Source of the DNA: the human T2T-CHM13v2.0 reference genome, Homo sapiens
DNA: 64,000 bases
NCBI RefSeq assembly: GCF_009914755.1
Contig: NC_060933.1
Reading direction: 5' to 3' (one strand)
A model generated the notes under the pieces. It was not told the origin of the DNA, searched no databases, and saw nothing but the letters and a program-made list of their open reading frames with translations. How positions within the stretch are numbered: position 1 is the first letter of the stretch; each line of letters begins with the position of its first letter. This document shows positions 54,184 to 64,000 of the stretch, in pieces. The translations under genes and the position numbers were made by a program.

Positions 54184-54494
<311 letters not shown>

Positions 54495-55569
54495 AGAAAT
54501 AGCCCGGGATTCATAGATCCAAATTCGATGTTATTTTCTAGCTGTGTGATCTTGGAGAAGTCATTTAACTTATCTTGATTTCAACTTTCTTTTGAGTATC
54601 AATGTCAACTTCCTAGGATTGCTATAAATATTAAATGAGCTAATGATGGAATGTGCCAGATATCAAGTAAAACATTTCAGGTGATTAACAATATCTGACT
54701 CTGTATGACTTTGGACTTATTATTCTACCTGTCTCAATTGAGGTTTATCCAACATAAAAAAATGGGCCAGAACTCAGCTCTATTTTTCTGACTTGGCAGC
54801 TGAGTTAAGGTGGGAAGAGTAACCTCTGCCAACTTCAGCTGAGTCTGACCTTGTGGAAAATCAAACAAACAGAATTGTTTTCTAAATCCCTACAGGGAGA
54901 AGCATGTGTAGGGGTCATTCTTGCTCTGTCAACTATTGGCTTTCTTTCCTGGACATTTAAAAAATATATTTCACTCGTAAAACAAAACTCATTGGTGTCC
55001 AACAGAAAAGAAGGGGGCACAAAGAGGCTGTTACTCTCCTCTCCTTTATTATGAATGCTTATCCAGCCCTGCTGATGAGAAAGCAGTGTATAGGTGTTAG
55101 AAGGTTAGCAGCTGCAACAGTATGATACCTAGGGTCTCCCAGAATATTCTGGCCCCAGCCTTGTAAACAGGAGCTGCTCCAAAATGGAGTCTGGATGCAG
55201 ACAGGAGAAAAGGACATTATGGTTGTATGGTAGAGTTTCTTTGTGTGGCCTAATGGTCTTAAATGCATTGATTGATATTTGACAGCTGCTCAGATCTTTC
55301 ACACTTCTACCTAACCATCTCCTACCACTTCCTCGCTCTCTGAAAATAAAAGCAAACATAAAATGGTCTTGTTAATATAAAATCAATGAGCTGTCAGCAG
55401 ATATATAATAGAGAAACTATCTTGAACATGTGAGCGATGACCATGCCACTCTTTTTCCCAAAGCTGTGTGGTCTTGGAAACGTGACTAATCCTTGGAGTC
55501 TCTGGTTTTTTTCCACTATAAAATGAGGGTGATGCTGCCTACTTTGAAAGGTCATTATGAGTATAGAGA

Positions 55570-55990
55570 CTTCCCACCAATTATGAATCAATAAATATAT
55601 GTTAGACATTATTCTAATGGCTGAGAAGCAGTGGTGCAAAAGACAAAATTATTGTCCCTAAGAAGCCTATATTCTTGTAGGGAAGTTGGACAATAAAAAC
55701 ATAAGCAAATACAAATTTGAGCTCCTAAGAGAAGTTCTGCAGGAGATAAACAGTCATGTGATACAGAACGATGAGGACTGTCCCTTTAGTTAAATGGTTA
55801 CAGAAAGCCTTTAAGAAGATGCTATTTGGGTTGAGAAGGTATAGACTCTGTAAATAACGGAGAGAAGGACATTGTTGGGAGAAGGAATAATTAGAAATGC
55901 CAGAAAGTGGGAAGAAAATTTGGAATACTTGAGTTTTTGCTAGAAGGAAGAGAGTAAAGAAAAAGCTGGAGAGAGACGAGAGATCTTACA
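55570..55990 (-). mobile_element. L2 relic
   Basis: AATAAATATATGTTAGAC...AAGACAAAATTATTGTCCC...GAAAGCCTTTAAGAAGATGCTATTTG. Confidence 0.65.
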
Positions 55991-58900
55991 GCTTTAGCAA
56001 GAGAAAGTGATTGCCTGACTGCCTGTCAGCTCCAACACTAAAAGCTCAGCGAAGAGCATTCTTGTTCGAGTTTGGGTGTGGTGTGCATCTCTAAATCAGT
56101 TAACCATAGCCAAAGGGTCAGGTTTATATCAAAAAATATAGTTCCATTGGGAATCTTATGGATGAAGTAAGGGAAGAATGTAGTTCCCAGAACAAAAGGA
56201 CAGCGCTGTTTCCGGAAATTAAGGGAGAGCAGCTGGTGATTAAAATGAGAGTCACTTGCTACACCAGGTTCTTGGGTCCAGAGAAATTTGATTTTATGGC
56301 TGCCTCTTGAGGTAGGTTGGGCAGATAATCCTATCTCCATTTTAGGATAGAAGAATCATGCTTCAGAGGCTGCAGAATCTTGTCCAAAGTTGCATAGGTT
56401 AAAGGAGGCCCAGCAAGACAGGAGATCAGTTTTCAGATGTACGTCTTAAGACACTTTCCTTCTCTAATTTTTATTCATTTACATATTTATTGAATATTTA
56501 CTATGTTCTAATAGCTGTTGTCTTCCAAAGGGATTCTGTGTTCAAAGGATTTTGAAAAAACTAAACTACTGTCTTCTGGCGATTCTCAAATTATGTTAAC
56601 ATAAATAAACAAATCTCTTGAAGCATAGCATTTATTAAATGTCTTCGACCACTGAACTTGCTTTCTTCTATGAGAAATGTTAATCTAAATTTCTTTTAGT
56701 TATCCTTTATTCATTTGAAAATTATATGTCAGACACTTACTGTAAAGCATAAAGGAAAGAACAAGGAGATGAAATCAGAAGTCTTGTTTAAATCCAACTT
56801 CTGCTGCATGATCTTAGGCAAATCACCTATTATCAGCACACTGGCTTCCTATATCATTATCTATAAAATGATGAGGGTTAGGCCAAATAATAAAATCTCT
56901 TCCTGCTCTGATAGTCAGTAATTATGTTTTTATTCTCCAATGCTGCAAAAGTTACAGACAAGAAGAAATATGACTCTTGACTTTAAGGAATTTATGCTTC
57001 ATTTGCAAAAGGAGGATGTGTGCGCGTGTGTGCATGCATGCACGCAGCACGCACACACACGGGTTCCAGATAGTAAATGTATGATTATACAGTCCTAATT
57101 ATATGCAACCTTGCTCATCTCAAGTAAGAGTAAGGATAATGTTGTTTGTTTGTTCTATGAGGAGCACGGTGACACAGAAAGGTTAAACCATTTTCCCGAG
57201 GTCACACTATATTTAATTGTAATTGCTAGTGCCATATGTGTCCACAGAAGTTTGGGGCACCAACAAGTTAAACCATCCATTAGCATAGAATTTATGTTGT
57301 TTGGAAGAATGCAAAAATGAACAAAATAACAATTAATCTTTTCATAACAATTTACAGTTTACAAAGAGATTTGCTTGGACACATTACACCCATTTTACCC
57401 AGCCTCATATGTATATTGTTATGGGAGAAGATGTTGACACTATTGAAAGGAACAAGGTGGGCTTATCTCCAGCATGAATATCTTTTGGAGTCTTGACTCA
57501 GGAAATGACTTCTTTGAGATATTTTCCTCTCCCTGGACATGTGGGGTTTCCTTCACCTAGCTCTCAAATGTATTATGGGGAATATTGCCTTCACAAAGAT
57601 CTGGAGGTTGGTAGACGTTGTTCCATCCAGGAGACCCTGCTAACAACCCAGCCGCATAAGCTGGATTGTGAGTCCTAACTCTTACACATGCACCAGGGCT
57701 GAGATATCTGCTGATGGTCAGCAGGTTATGGCCTATATATTTGAGTAGATAGAAAGCTATAGTCAGAGGGTTTAAACAATTTGTCCAAAGCTACGGAGTG
57801 GACCACTTCTATCTCATTGCATAGACCACTATTTCCATTTTTCTGCTTTCATTGGCTAGAAACTTTGCATTCCTAGATCTGAAAGTTGAGCAGGGTTGAT
57901 CTCCTTTCTATACTGAAATTTAAATATCTCAAACCAGAGTGGGAGATTAGATACCCCCTCTGTTTTCCTTCTTACACTCATAATCTGAATATTTTTGCTC
58001 TCAGTTTTATTTTGGTAGTTGGGATATTTGAGACGGAAAGGGAATAAAGTATATTAAAGGCATAACTCATCTTAGTAAATGCTTGGCAAGTCACTCACTT
58101 GGCATTTGTTCCTTGATGTCAGGACATAAAATACAAAAACACCTTAGCTACTAACTTTATCCTCTACCCTTAGTCTCCTGTAAAAATGATTCTCATATAA
58201 CTATCTGCAAAATGAATACTACACAGAAGACAGCTTCTCTGGAAGCCAAACATCTTTGGTTCCTGCAATTCAAGGGCAATGGAGTCTTGCTTGATTTACT
58301 ACTTTGAACCTGAATTTTGAAGTCTGTGAAATAGGAATAATTTTGATATTTTGATAATCAATTGCTGTTGCAAAGATCAGCAAAATAACAGTTGAATGCA
58401 CATTTGAATCTTCCAGGAGAGATGTATACATGAGGAAATATTGCTATAAGGATGACTATTATATGAATAGTGTTCAAGGAAAATGTTCATACAAGAGCTA
58501 AAATTTTGTCTTAACGAGATAAAGAAAGCATTGTTCTTAAAAGTCAAATACCAAAGTACAGACAGTGACTTGTTGTACAGAATTCTTCATTGTTATTGTA
58601 ATTGTTGAGATGAAATTTGACCTGTGTTCAAGAGAGAATGTAACTAGACATTGGAGTCAGGATGTGCAGAAGACAGCAAACAGCAAAGCAGAGTGATGCA
58701 AAGGAGAGAAAATAAACAATAGACAATCAGGATTGCATAGATCAGCCTCCAGGTGAATCAAATCCTTTCACCAGCAACTTCCATGTCATATCTGGGTAAA
58801 CACACATTGTCAGTTGTCAAGGCCATGTGTGCTCCCCCAGCTTGTCTAGTGTATGCCAGTCACAGCTTCTAAGCTCTGACAATGGGGAAGAGTTTAATGG

Positions 58901-60089
58901 TAATATTCAAATGTTGCTATTGTATGCAAGCATTGTGAGCAATCCTACGGCAGCCAGAGGCAGGGCTCAGTGAGCACTCTCCAACTGGGACAGGATGCTA
59001 AATCCCTGCCACACACATACATACAAATGCTGGCATTTTGCAATTGTTTGAATTTTACCATTTTTGATACTCCAAAGAAAGCACTCCATCCAACTTTAGT
59101 ATTTCATATGACAGCACATATGGACTCTAGGACAGATGTTGATTTTTCTGAATAAGTGGCCTTGGGCAAGTCATTGTACTTTTCTGAATGTGTTTTCCTT
59201 CTTTACAAAGATAATTCTGTCTTATCTCAAAGAGTTATTATTAATCAAAACCTCTTGAAAAAGAGGTTGGTGACTTGCTAAGGCCAATCAATAAGACAGT
59301 GTCCAAGTCAACTTTGAAATTAGAAATTTTGGCAGCCAGTTTAATACGCTTTTCACTGTTTCTTCTAGGGGACAGTGTGAACCAAGTAAAAGTCCCAGAA
59401 TGCAGAAAAGCCTGTACTTTTCTGTCAAAATGATAGTTAGGTATCCTTTGATGAGTCCCTTCTATGCCCACCAGATTAGTGGAACTAAAAGGTTTTATGC
59501 CAAATTGACTGCTAAAGTTGAGGCCAGAATACCCATCACACAAAATAAAGCTGAAAAACATAAGCTTCCAACTGCCCCTACAGGTTATGATTTCTACAAT
59601 GCTGCACATGTAGGGAGGAAAGAGGAAACAGACATAGCCTTACAATCAAGAAATAGACAAAGCCCCTACTGACTTGATTCCACGTTGGAAGAACTTCTAA
59701 ATTAATGCTTTTCAGGTTCTCTGTGTTGAAAGAATAGAGTACATTTTTCATCACAGACATTTTTTTTGGAAAGTAAAATTAAAGTAATTGAAAAATGAAA
59801 TAAAAGCACATGCAAACTATAAGGACAAATATTGTTGTGTTAGATTTGACAGAAATAAAATGACTTTGTCAAATTGATATAAAAGTTGCAAGAACCTTTG
59901 TCTAAATTTCTATGCTTATCTCACCATAGATTGAAAACAGTTAGTGGATCAACCCCAGTCTGTGGACCACATTTTTAATAGTACTGCTCTATGTCACTGC
60001 AAAGTAGATGCCCGTCACCAACTTTCTGGACTAGGAGCCCTGGAGAAATGGGTGCAAGTAATTTCAAGACCATTAACATGCTGTATGAT

Positions 60090-60240
60090 TTACATATGCT
60101 GTGTTTATTGTTGGTTTCCTCCCTCTGGAATGTAAGCTCCATGCAGGCAGGGGTTTTTGCATGTTTTAGGAACTAGATATCCCTAGAGTTTAGAATAGGG
60201 GCTGGTGCATAGTAGCCACTCAAAGAATACATGAATATAA
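60090..60240 (+). mobile_element. L2a 3' end
   Basis: CTGGAATGTAAGCTCCATGCAGGCAGGGG...TAGAATAGGGGCTGGTGCATAGTAG. Confidence 0.8.
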
Positions 60241-60982
60241 GTGCATGGATTACACAAGGAGGGATGAGAGAAGAGATAGATAGGAAAACAAAAAGCAAAG
60301 CAAAATATATACACACACAGGCCCTTTCTCATACAAGAAGAGCTAATACTAAGCAAATTAGCTGATAAAATCAATAATCAAAATATAAAGTCACCATGAA
60401 TTAAATTAATTCTGTTTTGACCAAGATTTATAATAAGAATACCTAAGTTGACCACAGAGAAAAATACATGAATCACAGGCAGATATTAGAAAACCAGCAA
60501 AAGAAAATTCAAAAGTTTAAAAATGAATAATTAATTATTTAAATAAAAACTATAAATAGTGGAATAAGCCCCAGTTAAAAAACAGTAAAAAAGAAAAATA
60601 ACTTGGAATAGAATAATAAGGTCCTCATCCAAAATTCTCCACATAGAAACAACTAAGAAAAATAAAAGGAAGTGGATACCAAAGATAGTTTGAGAAGCTC
60701 CAATTTAGGCCCTGTAGGAGTTGCAGAATACTCAATGAACAAAAAGGAAGGAGAAATATTTAAAAAGGTAATTTTTGGCTTTTTCCAGAACTGAAGAAAC
60801 AAAGTTTCACAGATCAAAAATTTTACACACAATTGATTATAATGAATCAACACCTACTCATTGAGTAAAACCGTAGAACAAGGGCAAAAATATTGTCTTA
60901 AAAATTACCAAAGAAAAAACATACAGTGGCCAGAGTGGAACAGAATATAGACTGACAAGAGATTGTTTTTCCCCTTTGGTAA

Positions 60983-62110
60983 TGAAACTGAGGCAGGAGA
61001 ATATGGTCTGGGACAGGGAATATAAGGCCGATTCACACTGACTTCCTAGAACTAAATCAAATGGAAACACTTCAGCTATGACAGGAAATATTCTCTCTAT
61101 TTACATAGGGCCTACACCGAGTAAATGACTTTATAACTTTACTTCATCCTCTTCATTTACATAGGGCATACACCAAGTAACCAATGGACCAAGTAACCCC
61201 TAGTGGGTATTTAAACCCCCACAAATTCTGTAACAGGGTCCTTGAGCCCCTATGCTCGTGCCCACTCCCACTCTGTGGAGAGTAGTTTGATTTTCAATAA
61301 ATCTCTGCTTTTGTTGCTTCATTCTTTCCTTGCTTTGTTTGTGCATTTTGTCCAATTCACTGTTCAAGATGCCAAGAACCTGGACACCCTCCACCAGTAA
61401 CAAACCGCCATTAAAAAATTATAACTGAGATGGTAAAAGAGAGCTAACCCAACCAAACTCCATCTTGCTTCTAACCTCCAGGCTGTCCTTGTTCAATCCT
61501 GAGCATAGGCTGAACTAACTTTGAGAGGAGCTTAGTTTATGGTTTAGCTTTGAAACAAAGATGATAACAGCCCTTTCCCGAAACAAACCCACTTCTCTGG
61601 GGACTAGACTGCCTTTGTGGGACTAACGAATTAGCCAAAAGATTAGAAATTATGGTTTAGGAGTCATGCAGCAGGAGACTATAAGATTCTAATCTTCCGC
61701 AAATTGCTTGTGGGGATAATATCACCATTGTAAAGCCTGTGTTTGAGATATTTTGCAGACTCTGTACTTGATGGATCAGCTGGCACCACCCAGATTGATA
61801 AACTAGCTCATCTAATCTTGAGGCCCCCACCCAGGAACTGACTCAGTGCAAGAGGACAGCTTCGATTCCCTATAATCTCACCTTTGACCTGAACAATTAG
61901 CACTCCAACTGACTCACTGGCCCTTCATCCACCAAATTATCCTTAAAAACTCTGAGCCTCGAATGCTCAGAGATACTGATTTGAGTAATAATAAAACCCT
62001 GGTTTCCCACACAGCCGGCTCTGTGTGAATTAGTTTTTCTCTGTTGCAATTTTCCTGTCTTGATAAATCAGCTCTATGTGGGGGCAAGGTAAACCTGTTG
62101 GGAGGTTACA
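60983..62110 (+). mobile_element. LTR8-family ERV1 solo LTR (split after base 6)
   Basis: TGAAAC | CGCC...CTCCATCTTGCTTCTAACCTCC...GGCTGAACTAACTTTG...GGTTACA; 4-bp TSD GTAA/ATAA. Confidence 0.85.
60989..61402 (+). mobile_element. MER61-like (MER61/MER51 group) ERV1 solo LTR
   Basis: TGAGGCAGGAGAATATGGTCTGG...ATTTACATAGGGC x2...TTCAATAAATCTCTGC...GCCAAGAACCTGGACACCCTCCACCAGTAACA. Confidence 0.8.
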
Positions 62111-63263
62111 ATAACAGTAGTGCCCAAAGACCTAGAGGTAAATATCTCACTGTATTGAAGGAAGGCCTTTTATATCTAGCTAAACTATTAGTCATGTTTA
62201 AAGGCAAGATAAACTATTTTTTTTTTAGAATGCAAAGACTAAGTGAGCTTAACAATTTTAGTCTATTGCTGAAACAAGTAAAACACATTTCAAAAAAGAA
62301 GAAATGTGAACCTCGAATGAAGATGTAAGATACAAGAAGCAATGGCAAAAGATTTTAAAAAGGCGAATGTCTGTGAGCACAGAAGTTAATAAAATATCAG
62401 TAAATTTAATTAGCTTTTGAATGTAAAATTAATAATAATGTTTATGTGACAAATGTAAAACAAAGTCTAAACAATAAGTATAATAGTGGGGACTCATGTG
62501 TAGTGGCAAATCATGTTTATTCACATAGCTGATAATTCCTAAAATATCAGAAGGGAACAGTAAACATAAAAAATATATCAGTCAACGAGGAATCAAAAGA
62601 AGAAAGGAAAAAATGATGACAGAAATAAGCCTAACTATATCTGTAATCCCAACTAAAGTGAATAAAATTTTCCATTATAAGAATATTATCTGACTGAATT
62701 TTAAAAATCCAGTTACAATGTTTCATAAAGAGATTCACTTAATACAAAAATCACATGAAAAGTCTGAAAAGAAAATGACATACTATGCGAATACTAAACC
62801 AATGAAAATGAGGCAATAATCTAGGGAGAAAATAATTCATACCAGCAAAATGAAATCCAAGACAAAAACATTACTAGAGATAAAGAAATATATTATTTAA
62901 TAACAACATTTTAAAAAACACTCACCAAAGTGAATATAAAATATAGATGCACTTAACAACATATCCTTAAAATAGAAAAGCAAAATTTGTATCATTTTCA
63001 AAATTGGGAAACACTATTGTAAGTGGGAAATTTTTAAATATCTTTATTGGAACCTGATAGAATACATAGACAAAAATAGTAAACAAATTTAACCAGCTTT
63101 ATTATATATGTGTGTACATATTCCCTTATATGCACACTATATTCAAAAATTGATCATATAATTTTTAGAAAATACAAAAAGTACACATATATTTACAACA
63201 TACATAGACATTTATAATATATGCAGTCATCAAGAATATAAAATATTTTAAAGACTTGATATT

Positions 63264-63558
63264 GGCTGGGTGCGGTGGCTCAGGACTGTAATCCCAGTAC
63301 TTTGGGAGGCCGAGGCGGGTGAATCATGAGGTCAGGAGTTTGAGACCAGGCTGGCCAACATAGTGAAATACTAAAAATACAAAAATTAGCCAGTCATGGT
63401 GGCGCGCTCCTGTAGTCCCAGTTACTCGGGAGACTGAGGCAGCAGAATCACTTGAACCCAGGAGGTGGAGGTTGTGGTGAGCCGAGGTCCGAGCCACTGC
63501 ACTCCAGCCTGGGTGACAGAGCAAGACTCCATCTCAAAAAAAAAAAAAAAAAAAAAAA
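63264..63558 (+). mobile_element. AluS (Sg-like) with small internal deletion
   Basis: Full dimer and A tail; TSD AAAGACTTGATATT / AGAGATTTGATATT. Confidence 0.93.
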
Positions 63559-63689
63559 AGAGATTTGATATTAAATAGACTGCATTTTTTATTTACAGTG
63601 AAATTAATTTAGACATTGGCAATAAAACAGTATAAGTGTTTTGTTACTTTTCATCTGTTAACTATGCTAAAGAAAAATGTTTTGGGGGG

Positions 63690-63875
63690 CAGTGGTTTTC
63701 TCATGGACTGAACATTGGAATCACATGGGGAGGGAGGCTATAATAAATACTGATCCCTGGATTTCATCCGCAGGGATTCTAAGGAAATTGGTCTCTGGGA
63801 TATTTAACCTGGGGATTGAAATTTTTAAAAGTTCTCCAGGTGAGTCTAATATGCAGTTCAAGCTGCACTCCACTG
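63690..63875. mobile_element. MER5B-like element
   Basis: CAGTGGTTTTC...CATTGGAATCAC...TTTTTAAAAGTTCTCCAGGTGAGTCTAATATGCAG...CCACTG. Confidence 0.75.
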
Positions 63876-64000
63876 ATTGAGGGTCTAGCAATATTTCTAC
63901 CACGTAAGTGTTACAGCCTTTAAAGATGAAATCAGAAAGACAAATGCTTTTGCTTCTGTTCAAGAGTTATCAAGGAGATACAATCTTCATTGAAAACATA

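Larger units (their letters stand above)
60400..63620 (+). mobile_element. Old L1M (ORF1-ORF2 junction), interrupted by LTR8/MER61 and an Alu
   Basis: TTTTCCAGAACTGAAGAAAC...AGACTGAC; resumes after 62114; AAATAAGCCTAACTATATC...AGAGATTCACTT. Confidence 0.7.

Overview
Primate (most likely human) non-coding genomic DNA, either a large intron or intergenic. I find no protein-coding exon, RNA gene or CRISPR array. The supplied ORFs come from Alu, LTR, L1 or microsatellite sequence, or are chance ORFs. The window is dominated by interspersed repeats: 11 Alu pieces (10 on +), many MIR/L2/L3 relics, old L1 fragments, MaLR/ERVL/ERV1 solo LTRs (MSTA, THE1B, MLT1, LTR16, LTR47-like, LTR8, MER61-like) and DNA transposons (MER5, MER47, MER58A, MER103-like). 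The clearest functional signal is a CpG-retaining, non-repetitive promoter/enhancer-like element at about 36.75-37.05 kb. It has stacked GC boxes, a strong G-quadruplex motif, ETS/E-box/CRE sites and nearby splice signals. Also notable are two RFX X-boxes, a convergent pair of CTCF motifs bracketing that element, an 82-nt fold-back hairpin inside an MLT1-internal relic, a perfect double M-box palindrome, a triple-nested L1>LTR8>MER61 insertion, a twin-primed L1 and a young 5'-truncated AluY. I could not identify the locus, and I cannot support a new biological system from sequence alone. Repeat subfamily names are recalled from consensus sequences, and the boundaries of old repeats are approximate (tens of bp).
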